A DNA stretch of 64,000 bases from Phoronis australis (taxonomy: Eukaryota; Animalia; Phoronida), in contig NMRA01000316.1 in NCBI GenBank assembly GCA_002633005.1, positions 243,581-307,580 on the forward strand, written 5' to 3'. Each line of letters starts with the position of its first letter. Position 1 is the stretch's first letter. A program made the position numbers and the translations under genes. The notes under the pieces were generated by a model that was given only the letters and a program-made list of their open reading frames with translations, did no database searches and was not told where the DNA came from. This document shows, one piece after another, positions 1-13,145 of the stretch.

Positions 1-1585
1 AAAGCAGTCCAAGAAATGCAAATTTGAGTAGAATTCGCCAGGAGACATGTTTTTTGTTATAAGATGCATTGGAAAACCAAGAAGCGGGAGATGTTCGAGA
101 GTCGTATCCAATTATAAAGTAATGGTAAATGTTACCTGGCTCGTTAAAGTTTCGACACTACGACCTCGTGCTGTTTTGATGCTTAACCAGTCGGTCGGTG
201 AATGGAGCGACATGCCATGAGAACAGTGTTTCCAGACCTTCCTACACCAAGGCTAGGCTAGGCGAGGTGCTTTACCCCAGCCAAGCAGCAAGCCACGTCT
301 ATTCATAATGACATGCCCGAATTAACAGAGCGTGTTCACCTTTGTTAGAAAGTACTGCGCCTATATTTTTACCAGATTAGGTTAATTGTATCGGAAACAC
401 AAAGGGAATGGCAATGCGCTGTCTGCAGGTGATCTGGGTGAGTGGCAGTGTAATTCGTAAACCCATGTTCTAATGCTTGATTATGTGTATATAAGCAGAC
501 TGGTTTGACTGGTTGGTTGATGAACGATGTCAATAATAACGTAAGCAGTCATTAGGAAATGCAAAACAAACGAAAACAAGGGGAACCCGATGATGCGTGT
601 CTTCGCCGTTGTTCACTTTGCCACCAGATGAAGACTATATATTTTATGTACATGTGGGCGGCTGCTGACAAAACTGAAGTTGACAGTTAGTCAAATTACT
701 GGACTGTTTAGTCAAACCCAAACAAAATAAATTAACGCCTGGCGATTCTGCCAGTATAAACTGAAGCTGATGTAGTGTGTGGGGCCAAGAGGCAGAAACA
801 TCGCTTTGGTGCTTAATTAAATTTGCAAGTTACTGTTCAAATCAAAAGCACTTCGCACGCTTAACATCCGCCAGACAGAGACGAGTACACACGATTAGGC
901 ACCGTGTTTCGAAAAACGAGATTGCTTCCAAGCGTCAATCTCGACCCGCAGTGTACAATAAGGAACTATAACGCAGCCCTGCCGTTACTGACAAATGATA
1001 CAGCTTTGATGTCAACTTTGCCACGTGCGTGCCCTTATAAGGTGCCTGGGACTCGGCGACTTAACATAACGATCCTCTTACACTCGTCTGGGCTACAGCA
1101 ATCACCTATTCTCTAGTACATGTTAGACTGTACACACTGCTAACCCGGGACAATTCTAGAAAGTCGAAGATGTACACCAATCCTGTACATTATTCCTTTC
1201 TGTCGTGGCTAACTTAGAAATGCCTACAGAATAGTTAGCTTTCACGATGTCCGCCACTTATCCAGGAATAGATTTTTAGGCACGCATTATTGCTAGGAAC
1301 TCAGACTAAACATCGTTAACATAAAGCAAGGACTATAAATATAGAAACAGTCATTTGCGCTATTTTATTACATGAAGACGTTGGGACAACACAGTACACC
1401 CAAAGGGTATGCGATCCCCAGAGACACTTCATAGGCTGTTCGATGCAAAAGGGAAACTACTGAGCTAAACGTTGCGCCGACCAGGGATCAGGTGCATGCA
1501 CATGAACATACATGTAAAGATACACTGTAACTATCAATATTGATTTTTGACGTTCACGTAAAATCTGTAAGGAAAAAATGATTAA

Positions 1586-1816
1586 AGATGCATAGTCTCA
1601 TTAAATTGTGAATATGCAAATGAAGTACTAATCTACAAAATCCAGGTCCTCCAGTGTACCGGAAATCATACGAGAAACAATCTCGCGAAAGTCTCGTTTC
1701 TCGATACTATTTTTATGCAAATAAGTAAAGTAATATTTCATTGTTACCCTAATGAAACAAGGCACAGCTTTTATTAGTTGTTTGTTCCAATAGAAAATAA
1801 CAATTGCGTGCCACCT
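1586..1816. mobile_element. Kolobok-like non-autonomous DNA transposon (copy 1)
   Basis: TTAA|AGATGC... to ...CCACCT|TTCA; body closely similar to the copy starting TTAA|AGGTGC at 53477. TTAA target with AG(G) termini fits Kolobok. Confidence 0.5.
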
Positions 1817-2439
1817 TTCAATAAGGCACTGACTTTTGATGTGTAACTATGACAGCGGGCCCCAAGTGAAAACATATTGTACAAACCGTGCCGCCCGAGT
1901 GGCCCGTCTAGATTGGAATAATGAGGATATGCCACTAACAGCCCGGAAAAGATAAATAATGGCGACAATTCCCCCGTAGCCAAGAATTCGAAAGAGCATC
2001 TGAATTTTTTGGATTGGAGGACATTATCTAAGACCATGAGCCCTGGTCGCAACGGAAAATGTTGCTCAGACCAAAACGAGTATTTTAATTGAACCATGAA
2101 TGTTTCAGTTGAAAATGAAACATGAACGTGAATTTTTTAAACTGTGGTTTTGACCTTTACCTGGCCCTTAGTCGAGCAATTCCCGCAAAATGCTTTACAT
2201 GAGACAGGTAGTATTAACGCAAAATATTTTAAATGCTCCCGATTACATTAACACACGAATGTCATAAGATCTCCTTGTCACGTGATAGCTCACCACCTAG
2301 ATGGCTACAATATTATCTACTGTTTCGCTCGTTAAAATTCCAAAGATGTAAAAAGTGCATATGTCATTAGTTCACTAAATGTTTCGAAGTTACCAGAACG
2401 CGCAGCATTGGTATTTTTTCAAACGAATCGCGCTCTTAC

Positions 2440-3012
2440 CTGTCTCCATAGCAACGGTGGAAAGCTGTTGGCAACCAGAGCGGATACCGTAATATGGGAT
2501 ACGGTAATTATAATTCCTGTTGACACCGCCACGTGGAGCTTGAGTGGTAACAAAGCATATATCATGAATATTACATAAACAGCCTGCCATATCCCGTCTA
2601 CTGGGCTATGGATCAACTGCGGACGATCTCTGAAATCCAGAGGTAGTGAAACAGCCGAGAAACCGAGAAGTATTCCTGTGATGACGTATGATATCACTGG
2701 CAGATGAGATTCCTTCATGAAACGAGTGTTGATAAAGACGTATAGTAAAATAAGAAGAGCGCACTGTGACCCATGATAAATGTTGTGAACAGTGGGCTGT
2801 AGAACAAACACGAAGTCTAATATTGCCAATATAGCTGACAGCACAATGAACAGCACCAACAGGCAGGCAATGGCAGCCTGTTCCAGTTTGAAAATATAAC
2901 GACTGTATAAAGTCTCCACCTCCTGATTGAGGAACCGATTTGGACAGAAGACGCGCGAGCAAAGATTCTTCTTCTGTCCGGCTGCTACCTGCCGTTCTGT
3001 CGTAACATCCAT
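2440..3012 (-). CDS. Adenylate cyclase (transmembrane class III, probably ADCY2/Ac76E-like), first coding exon; gene continues beyond left edge
   Basis: 191 codons MDVTTERQ...NRFLNQEVETLYSRYIFKLEQ...DGIWQAVYVIFMIYALLPL...LLWRQ with the M1 transmembrane cluster typical of membrane ACs. Phase-0 donor CAG|GTAAGA at 2440. In-frame TAG at 3136-3138 and acceptors at 3283 or 3164 indicate the first coding exon. Subtype is from recalled similarity only. Confidence 0.85.
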
Positions 3013-4561
3013 GCTCGTGTCTGACGTAACGCGCGTGAGAGAGGTCAGCACTAGAGTGGTGAAACCAGAAGGAAGTCGATAGCCTTGACTGTGTCGTTCA
3101 TTGATCTCGGGAGAGTGATGAATGTACACCACAAACTAACATCTGTTATCCGTCCTCTTGGAACCTGCACAAATGATTAACAGCGATGCAGCACTTGCGC
3201 GTTAATTGGATGCTTCGGGTTCTGCTGATGTCGGCACAACTCTGTCATCTTCAACATTCTGGACGGAGACATTCAGCAACGCCCTGTTTCAAAATAAAAT
3301 AAACTGTATAACTACATGGTATACACATTTTCAAATTAGGCAAAATTGCGCCAATTACAAAAAATAAAATACTTCAGGTGTACATATATGTAAAGCAGGC
3401 TTGCATCCCTATATGCAATTACAAAGCACAAGACCATTGTTAAGTTCCGGTTTCTCATGATTGCCATTGGACAAAGGCCGTTGACTCGACACAAAAGAAC
3501 TGGTACATGTTTGCTGCATTTCAATATGAATGATAGCCATAGCACCGCTGTTTCATTACGTCGTAGCTGCAGATTTTTGCTTCTTCGGTCTGCTTTTACT
3601 TAAGCATCGTCACATGAACGTAAACGACTTAAACAGGTACAGGTCTATACATGTATAAATGATCAGTATAGCCAGCATTTTTTCACAAGAGAACAAGATT
3701 GGCCTCGCTTGGCCTACTAACAAGTTGCGTTCAAGCGTGCCAGTAAGCGTTATCAACCTAAATTAATGTTCTGTTATTGCCGATGGAACTAGTGTTTACG
3801 GAACACTGAGAACAAACCAGGCTAATTGCCATTAACTGTACAATCGGTGACCGAACTTCGGTGTGGTTAGACGGCACGCCGAGTTGTGTTTTGAAGAGGT
3901 TGTTCCATCGAAACAGAAACACCAGTGTACAACAGATATTCCGGAGTCGAAAACAGACTCCAGCACCTTCAAAACGGCTAACCCCGAAAAACACGAACCC
4001 GACCTTTAATACAGAAACTCCGGGGATGGGACAGGAAACCCAGACAATTTTTCAAAATTTCTGAGACCGTTGTCAGCAGCCTCGAACTTTGAGTTAAAGC
4101 CTCTTCAAGTACTTTTCAGTTGTTTTCTGCATTTGTTTGTTAAACATTGTCAATAATAAAACGGTAAAACTCATGTAAGATGTTTGTGGGCTAATTTCAA
4201 CATAATCTATAATCTCAATACCTTACCTCGGCGAATACTTAGTTAATTTCAGATTATTCAACAGTTTCTCCAGAAAATATTTGGCTAGACAGTTTACATG
4301 TAAGTTTTGTGCTGCACCTGAAGGTTGCGAATGGCATTTGTTTGAAAGATTGCCAGTTGTTGACCCCTCTGACCCTCTTTTTGGTCAGTCGTGGCTTTTT
4401 TACTCCTTTACCGTTTGCAAGCGGAACGTTGAGATTAAACGGGAAATTCACACTCTGGCACCCACTTTTCACCTGTTTATTATAATCTGGGGAGTTTTGG
4501 CAGTCTGAATACGGTCTGCCAGTTCGTATTAATTGCATGAAAATGGTCCCTTTGGCGGACA

Positions 4562-4612
4562 CTGCTGATTTGGGGGAAAACTGCTGATTTGGGGGGAAAA
4601 CTGCTGATTTGG
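4562..4612. repeat. Short tandem repeat, 19-20 bp unit, about 2.5 copies
   Basis: CTGCTGATTTGGGGG(G)AAAA repeated. Confidence 0.8.
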
Positions 4613-4739
4613 TGTATTTTTCTCGTTTTTAAGTAGCCGACGACACTTTCGGTTGGCGAAAAAGTTAAATAAGACTCCACAGACTCAGAGCAAATTTACT
4701 GAAGTCTGGCCAGCATACATGTACCGTTTTTATTTTCAG

Positions 4740-5554
4740 GTTTTGTAGATCTAGTGAAACAGACTGTGCGAGCAGCCAATACCTGTTTTGTAGATCTAGT
4801 GAAACAGACTGAGCGAGCAGCCAAGACCTGTTTTGTAGACCTAGTGAAACAGACTGTACGAGCAGCCAAGACTTGTTTTGTAGATCTAGTGAAACAGACT
4901 GTGGGAGCAGCCAAGACCTGTTTTGAAGATCTAGTGAAACAGACTGTGCGAGCAGCCAAGGCCTGTTTTTTAGATCTAGTGAAACAGACTGTGCGAGCAG
5001 CCAAGGCCTGTTTTGTAGATCTAGTGAAACAGACTGTGGGAGCTCCCAAGACCTGTTTTGTAGATCTAGTGAAACAGACTGTGCCAGCAGCCAAAACTTG
5101 TTTTGTAGATCTAGTGAAACAGATTGTGGGAGCAGCCAAGACCTGTTTTGTAGATCTAGTGAAACAGACTGTGCGAGCAGCCAAGACCTCTTTTGTAGAT
5201 CTAGTGAAACAGACTGTGGGAACAGCCAAGACCTGTTCTGTAGATCTAGTGAAACAGACTGTGCGAGCAGCCAAGACCTGTTTTGTAGATCTAGTGAAAC
5301 ATACTGTGGAAGCAGTCAAGAACAGTTTTGTAGATCTAGTGAAACAGACTGTGCGAGCAGCCAAGATCTGTTTTGTAGATCTAGTGAAACAGACTGTGCG
5401 AGCAGCCAAGACCTGTTTTGTAGATCTAGTGAAACAGAATGTGGGAGCAGCCAAGACCTGTTTTGAAGATCTAGTGAAACAGACTGTGCGAGCAGACAAG
5501 ACCTGTTTTGTAGATCTAGTGAAACGGACTGTGCGAGCAGCCAAGACCTGTTTT
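4740..5554. repeat. 45-bp minisatellite, about 18 copies
   Basis: Unit GTTTTGTAGATCTAGTGAAACAGACTGTGCGAGCAGCCAAGACCT, head-to-tail, near identical, no spacers; explains the repetitive ORFs 4696-5544, 4754-5563 and 5098-5466. Confidence 0.97.
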
Positions 5555-6559
5555 AAAGCTTAAAATCAGCAAAAACTGTTGAGTGCCACCTTAAATTGGT
5601 ATTTGGTGAGGAATTGAGATTGTCTTTAAAGGTTATTTTTTGGGGTTTTGACATAAATGGTTAAAAACACAGTTTGGGTTTTGATGGAAATGGGTCGTAT
5701 ATATTTTTGAAATGTAACAAACAACCAAAATCTTTTGACCCAGGAGCACGTTCGATTTACCAGCTCGATTTGCGATTTCGTAATGTTTAGCACAAGAACA
5801 GGAACAACAACACTATGAAGATATATTCTGTTCTGACTGATAGGGATTTGTTTCTATGTTTGCGTAAACGTTACGGGGAGCAGCATGGCATCGTATATTT
5901 CAAGCAATTTGACAAATCGTAGCAATTAGTTTTGCCGTGTTAAACCATAGGTTGCACATTAACGATTAGTAAATCCCGATCATTAAATGGACTATATTTC
6001 ATGTGCAAATGTGCTAACTATTGCTCTGATAGACAGTTTCATTTCTGATTAGTTAAATGGTGCATACGAAATGCATTTCCTTAGTTCAACACGCGTAGGC
6101 AGTGTCATGGGACCTTAGTTGAGTTGAGTTCATTAGGATCTGTTAAAATGGGCAGCGACAATGTTGCCAAAGCACAGAATGACACGTGCACAGTAATAAA
6201 ATGCAGTAATCAGTAATTAATTGTATTTACTATCTTAGCAGCTACACAAAACAGAGAAACTAGTTGACAAACTCAAAAACATGAAAGAACAGGCCAGACA
6301 ATCAACAGCAGGGCATTGTAGGATTCAAAAATATTTTAAAAACATTTTTGAGAAGACACGGATATGCATGCCTGTTGATTTTATCAATGATATTAGGAGA
6401 CAGACAATATCTAATGTGAACACCGAGGTCATGTTACTGAAATGCCATTGAGAGAAGATGAGTAGCAACTAACCTCACTTTACTTGTAAAATGTTTGTAA
6501 AATCAATTTTTCGCATGATATCGAAATTGTAAATACAATATGAATGCTGTCTGAAAGTA

Positions 6560-8040
6560 ATACTGGTCACTGTTGCACTATATTGTCACTACTTAGTATT
6601 AAACAAAGTCAGTGTTTCTCACTATATTGACACTGTTTTCCACTATTTTGTCTCGTGTTTGCGTTATATTACCATGGCATTGCATTATATTGTCACTGTT
6701 TTGCATTATATTGTCACTGTTTTGCAGTATAGGCCTATTGTCACTGTCTTCATCTACATTGCCACTGATTTGCATTATATTGTCACTGGTTCGCACTATG
6801 TTGTCACTGCTTTGCACTATACATGCATTGTTGCTCTTTGCACTATATTGTCACTGTTTTACACTGTATTGACACTACTCATAGGCGGATTTAGGGGGTG
6901 CCCAGGACCACACCCCCCTTGGCTGCCGCAAAAAAAAATAAAACAGCAAGAGCGTAGGGAAATGTTGAGTTTATCAATTAACCCCGGTAATTAAAATTAT
7001 ACGGTTGAAACAAGATTTAAATGTGTGAAGTTTTAGTGTTGGGGGGGGGGGCTCAGATCCAATTTCAAGTGTAAAATTCGGAACACGGCGCATTCGTAAC
7101 GGAACTATGGCTAAGTATAGGCTCTCCCGCGATAACCCATGCGACCGGCAGTGGCGCTGCGCACTACGACCCCGTTTCCGTCGTCTGCTCCATTGCACTA
7201 TGAAGAAAATTGACTTCATTTTTTAAAGAAAATGGAACCTGAGTGACGATGAAAAAACAGAAGCTGTTGGTAAAATGTGAATTATAATCGAAGCCTTAGT
7301 GAATCACTCAGAAACTCATAATTCTCTCTTTGTCAAACCTTAACTTGAGACGATTTCCAAAGCAATCCCCTCATTATTGCCAACACGAAAAACGGATTTG
7401 GTCTTTTGGGCATTTGAAGACTATTTTAAATACAACAAATTTGTTAAGAACCGATTGCACAAAATATAAAACATGTACTAAGCATTACAAAAAGAAGCAG
7501 GTTTCGCGCGCAAACGCTGTGGACCGTAAAAAAGTAGGTCTTTTAGTAAAAGATTAGTACATGTAGTTTAATTGTGGTGGTGTACTGGTAAAGCACGCGC
7601 GCTCTATCCGCCAGGTCGTGAAATTGAGTCTGTGGAACTTGCAGTTTTTCCTGTTTGACACGTTCTTGTTTTTTTTTTTTTTTTTTGCTTTTTTTCTAGG
7701 TTAATACTTCAGGAATCAAGGAAAATGCTTGTATTTTAGAGGAAAAAACAGAAAAACTTCCTGGGCGGGAAGGGGGCAAACCCCTCTCCCGACCTCCCCC
7801 CCATTCGGTGCTATACGCATCTACAATCGTGGTTAGCGCGAATGCTTACAACCGGCCCCCCTTGTGATATCCTAGATCCGCCACTGCTACTTTCACTATA
7901 TTGTCACGGATGTGCATTATATTGTCACAGCAGTGCATTATATAGTCAATGATTTGCACTACATTGTCACTGCTTTGCCGCATATTGTCACTGTTTTGCA
8001 CTGCATCGTTACTACTTTGCACTATGTTGTCCCAGTTTTG
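6560..8040. repeat. Degenerate 21-bp minisatellite split by a MITE insertion
   Basis: Unit approx. CACTATATTGTCACTGTTTTG at about 6560-6879 and 7887-8040. Confidence 0.85.
6880..7886. mobile_element. hAT-like MITE (1007 bp) with 5-bp TSD (hAT5-like)
   Basis: Imperfect TIRs CATAGGCGGATTTAGG...CCTAGATCCGCCACTG; CTACT duplicated at 6875-6879 and 7887-7891; related copies at 23168 and 38279. Confidence 0.85.
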
Positions 8041-10000
8041 TATTTTTTCTCTGGAACATTGATTTTCACACACTTATAGATGCAGGCCGACAACTTTTGC
8101 CATAGTTGGTTTCGGCCAGCATCAATACACCCTGAGTCTCCAACGTTCATTGAAATGCCTCACAAGCTAACGCAACCAAGGTTTGTCAGATTAGTCATAA
8201 CTTACCAGTTAATGGTGTGCACCGCGCCNCACAGGAGCAGAGCAATGGTGTCGCTGCAGTCCTAAAATTGGTTCGATTGCATAAAAAGGAAAGGACAAAA
8301 ATCCGCGTCACTTTTGTTCATTTCAGTGACAACTATATATCAGATCACCACATTAATTTACAAAACGATAAAGATCAGAAAAAACAGATCTGGCACAAAT
8401 GAGGTAAAAAAGCATCGTTGGTTCTGGTCTGTACACCGACTCATTTTGAGACGGTCACCTATTAAAAAACGCTCGCACGCATCGATTTCTGTCAATGTAA
8501 CGTACCTTTTGAAAAGCTGCACAAAGGCAAGTAAGCAAAGGTAAACAAGGTTTGGAACTTCATGATTTGCCAGCGATGCGTAAAAACAAGTCCTGTAGCA
8601 TTTTTGCGCGTACCTTTTGTTTGAAAAAGTGAGTCAGTAAAAATGTCGATTAAAAAATAAAGACTAGAACCTGTTCTGATCAGCGTGATGCGTCATATGA
8701 TGATGTCTTATCTCGAATTATGTTTATGGTCCCAAGTCATATGCACAGCGCAGACAGCAGTGCTTTCGAAAGCATACGCACACGTGTACGTGTATTGGCT
8801 TTCTTTGAAATCAAGTCAAAATATACTCGACAACGCACTTGTCAAAATTTAGAGACAGATACATCTGTTGACACCAGCCACGATGACAGTAATAGTGATG
8901 GACTCATCAATGTCACCTTCGCGTAGAAGTGCAATGATCACACGGTAATCTATTGGCCAAGGACAAGGACACGGGAGTTAATTCCAAACAGACCACTTTT
9001 CGGCAACACGTACATGTAGTGTTAATACTCGGCTAACCGTTGGCAGCAATGAAATGCATTCATTCACTAAAATGCAAAAAGTCGGAAAGGTTTGAAATTT
9101 ACGCATTTGACAAATAATTACAAAAGGTCGTGTTTAAAGCATCGTCCGGTGACATGATCCAACAACTGTACATTAGGGCACGGAGCTTACGAAACAGAAG
9201 CATAATATGATGTGGCATTTTCCCACAATAATTCAAATTCATTACGACGTAAAAACTATAGACATGTGCAGCTGATCCAAACTTGTCCATGTTTCGTTTC
9301 ACGGTGTTCAAGAGGACGTGAGTGCAAACAACATTTTCATAACTCAGCGACAACGTTTCATTCACATACTGTACCTGAGATCGTACACAGAAGCAGATGT
9401 GCTTTGACCAGTTAAAAACTTGCAGTATGTAAACATGCATGCGGTCAAGAGAAGCACGTGTTTAATCTATTCCCGACGTAGTCGCTGCTACATCGCATTA
9501 CAGTGACCTGCACGAAATTAACTCGCATGTGTTACCTTTAAATAGCTATCGGTGTTTTCCTTAGAAGTTTTACAGCAGCTTGCCGGCATCGCTTGCTGCT
9601 TAGTACACGCTTGCTCAAGAGCAATGAGCTCTTTTAGTTCCATTTGTTACCGGTGCGTTACCATGGGACAACATATATCCTTCGGAGACAAATGTCACCA
9701 GTTCGATGTCTCTTGGCAATGAGAACAAACCGGAAACCCCGTTGGGTGCCAAGCACAAGGCTGTACGGAACGATTGTTGTTGGATCTATTTCTCAATAAG
9801 TACATTTTCCAATGCTTTTTTGAAAATGCAACAACGAATTGATTTATAGGGACATTATAGGTACATTATCGTGTTTTGGGCTGAATAACGCATCTTGGGA
9901 TTATTGGTAGATGTGATAGAGATTTCAAGGTTGTAAGCATTGACTAGAGCTGGCTAATATCAGCTGTGTTGTTCTGATGTTCAGCAATGCAAAGCGCCAA

Positions 10001-10520
10001 CATTCGCCGTTGCCTGCCAGACATTCGCCGTTGTGTGCCAGTCATTCGCCGTTGTCTGCCATACAGTACATCCGCCGTTGTCTGCCAGACAGCCGTCGTT
10101 GTCAGCAAGACAGCCGCATGGGCGCACCCAGGGGGGGGGGGCTCGGGGGACTCGAACGAGCATCCTGATTTGGCGAATGGGGCAAAAAGGTCCGCCTCAG
10201 TGAAACAAAATGCCCGAGTAAACGAGACAAAAGTCCACAAAATCCACTGGAAGTCGGCGCGAATGTACAAATCCTGGGCCTGAACCTAGTGGGCCCGTTT
10301 TTTACTCGTTGATTTCTTTCAGTAAAAGGTCCGTATATCGAAAAATTCGAGCCCACCCCCCTATATTTTAGGCTGGTTGCACGCACGAGCCGGCGTTGTC
10401 TGCCAGACATTCGCCGTTATCTGCCAGACATTCGCCGTTGTCTGCCAGACATTCGCCGTTGCCTGCCAGACATTCGCCGTTGTCTGCCAAACATTCGCCG
10501 TTGACTGCCAGACTTTCGTT
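10001..10520. repeat. 21-bp minisatellite split by a MITE insertion
   Basis: Unit CATTCGCCGTTGTCTGCCAGA at about 10001-10116 and 10388-10520; the array contains inverted TGTCTG-C-CAGACA. Confidence 0.9.
10117..10387. mobile_element. MITE (271 bp) with 5-bp TSD
   Basis: Ends CATGGGCGCACCCAG...CTGGTTGCACGCACG (11/15 inverted match); AGCCG duplicated at 10112-10116 and 10388-10392. Confidence 0.75.
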
Positions 10521-10579
10521 GAAATCAAGGCTGATGACTTTACCAGTTAAACATTTCGCTCAAAATATTCTGCGATTTA

Positions 10580-10710
10580 GTGAGCGTTTAGCCCAGCTAC
10601 CAGAGTATTTGCTTGCGACCATGAAGGATTCAGGTTCGAATCCGAGCTCGGACTGATCATTCGGATCGTCACTTTTCTCGCCGATAATGTCGGTTAAACC
10701 AGACACCATG
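10580..10710 (+). mobile_element. tRNA-derived SINE head (degenerate)
   Basis: A-box-like TAGCCCAGCTACCAGAG and B box GGTTCGAATCC at tRNA-like spacing; no intact cloverleaf. Confidence 0.45.
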
Positions 10711-11063
10711 CATAACTAGAAAAGCACCAAGTTCTTGCAAACAAAAAGCATTGTCGGAAAAGCATGCACGCATTCATCAAACAATCAATTACAATGAAGT
10801 TTACTTGAAATCTGATTTCAGGCATGGATCCAGACAAGACAGGGTCTGAAACAGGTAAGACCCAAGCGCACTTTCATTGTAACAATACGAGAGAGTGTTG
10901 ATTGATGTAAAGGTTCCCTGGCACTGAGTAGCACTCTGTTGGGTCCACGTCAAATTTTCTCAACTTCGTTTTGTCAATGAGAAGAAAACTGGCCACGCAC
11001 GCACTTGAAATTTGATCTGCCAGAGTTATGCAGTACAGATGTGGACGCCAGTGGTGGTAAACC

Positions 11064-11103
11064 NNNNNNNNNNNNNNNNNNNNNNNNNNNNNNNNNNNNN
11101 NNN
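11064..11103. other. Assembly gap (N run)
   Basis: Run of N. Confidence 0.99.
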
Positions 11104-13145
11104 NCCCCCCCCCCCCCCTCCCCCGTCTACATGTATGTTGCCCAGATAGAAGAACAGTCAGTTGTGCGAGAATATCTCTATAACAACATGCTTCGCCGTG
11201 TTCAATTTTGTCATTTCCATGAGGCGGAGGCCCTAGCTTGGGTGGACCTAGTAAATCTGTCTGAGCTCTTCGCATTGGTTTACGCATTTATTGGCAAATG
11301 GGTGAATCTTTCTAAACTGAGAAGGCTACGCTGCATATTACCGAGTCGCAGCCTGAAGACCTTCGCGATCGTCGGCAAAAAGCAAGCAACCGTTGTTTTG
11401 TCAGCTATTGACCAGTTTAACACCAGTGGTAAATACCGTCATGTAATCGCATTGATTGATGACACGACAGCTTGCATCAGTTGAGATACACAAAACAGAC
11501 TTCCTAAATGATGACTTTGTCAATTTCGTGGTTGCAGTTTTTGGCCAGTCGCTGAGAAACTGATGTATACTGGTACCATAGCGACTGGGCGCTGGAGGCT
11601 GGAACGAGGCTGAGGCTGGCAGCACAGCAGTTTAGCTGTTCATTCGACACGAGACAATAACAGCGATATAGACACTTTCATGAAAACAGAGCATTTACAA
11701 CATTTAGATAAATGGATGACGTTTAAATAAACACTACGGATACAAAAACATAATACAGAGTAGATCTAATTTTTCCGCGCACGGTTGCAAACGGTGATAT
11801 CCAACAACTAGCCCAATGTGAAGTTATTTCTGTTATAACCCCTAAGGCACGTCCGTGGCGTGTTTTTAGATTTCTGATGGTTTCATTCAGAAGGAATATC
11901 CTGTGACGTCAGTAAAGTGTGCCCTTTGGATATAAGAAAACATATTATAAACGGCCAAGTCGATGTGTTTGCTTTTTGTCGGGCGCCCGAGCTCTCCCAA
12001 ACAGTAAACTGATGTTGGTATCTGATCAAGATTTTCAGTGTCTGATGATATCGCAGCACAGAGGTTGTGTGATTACTAAAAACGGCGTTCAACATGACGG
12101 CAAACGAAAATCATATATTTAAGTGCTTAGTGGTGTTCCGCAGTTTGAATTCCAATGCGGCATTCGTGCGGGTATTTTCTTTGACCGAATTTATTGACAT
12201 GTAACGTCGGAACCTTTTGCAAACAGAGATGTCATCACTAAGCATCAGAATTATTTTTAGTAACGACGTTTTTATAAAGTTGCTAGACCAGGATTTGTCG
12301 AATAAAACGGCGAAAATTCCAATTGAACTGAAATGTTCGAGTACACGAAATTCCTAAAGCCCCGTGCCCTTGCATTTACCAACAATAATCACGGAAATTT
12401 AGAGGTAAAGTTCCTGCAGAAATCTGATCGCCAACTATTGTTAGAGAATGCAAAGCCACACGACTTTCGGAACTGTGTGTACCCTAGATTAAAGTCCATG
12501 AATCGTTTCGACGTATGCACAAAAATTCGGTATAATTTGAATTTTAGCATTTGAAGTTAGTCGTCAAACTCCGATACAGCATCTGTTGTTTAGGTTGTTT
12601 TTCTAATAATGGCCAGTACCTACAATTTTTGTCGAATGGGTTGGTCTGTGTCATCGGGAACTGAACAACCGAGTCAAAGTTGTCGCTGCTCCACCCAAAA
12701 CATTCAAGCGAATCCAATAGAAATTACTGTACATGTACATGGTTTCTGGCGACAACGAAAACATCGTCATGTGTGTATTACTCAGCGGCGAATGGTATGA
12801 ATGGGCGACAAAAAGTCGCATCCTGTGCCCACTCAATCCATACGTTCTTCATTAGCCAATGTAGAATTTAACCGCAGGGAAAATATATCAAAAGTTCAAA
12901 CATACATGCGTTGTTGAATAACGTCGTATTCCAAAAAAACGTAAGCTGCCAGTTTCCGTCAATGTCGAATTTACAAATGGCAGGTGGCGCAAATTACATC
13001 CGGTCAATTGGAAATTGCAAGCTTCGCTAAAGCATACATGTAGTACAGTAGAAAATCTTAGTTGGCGGAGATTATTCTTCCGGATTATGAAATAAATAAA
13101 TGTCATTCGGTCCTTTGCTTTGCTGTACAACATAAAGCAGACCTA

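Noticed and set aside
135-241. Candidate next adenylate cyclase exon (donor at about 135)
   Set aside because: In-frame TAG and no match to the expected ANxxxF...QERLL sequence.
4740-5554. Possible CRISPR array or repeat protein gene
   Set aside because: Units are contiguous with no unique spacers, the context is eukaryotic, and the ORFs follow from a stop-free 45-bp unit.
10580-10660. Possible tRNA gene
   Set aside because: A and B boxes present but the D and anticodon stems do not pair convincingly; treated as a SINE head.
12333-12554. ORF with faint resemblance to a LINE ORF1 C-terminal domain (VKFLQKSDRQLLLENAK)
   Set aside because: One short motif only; not supportable without an HMM search.
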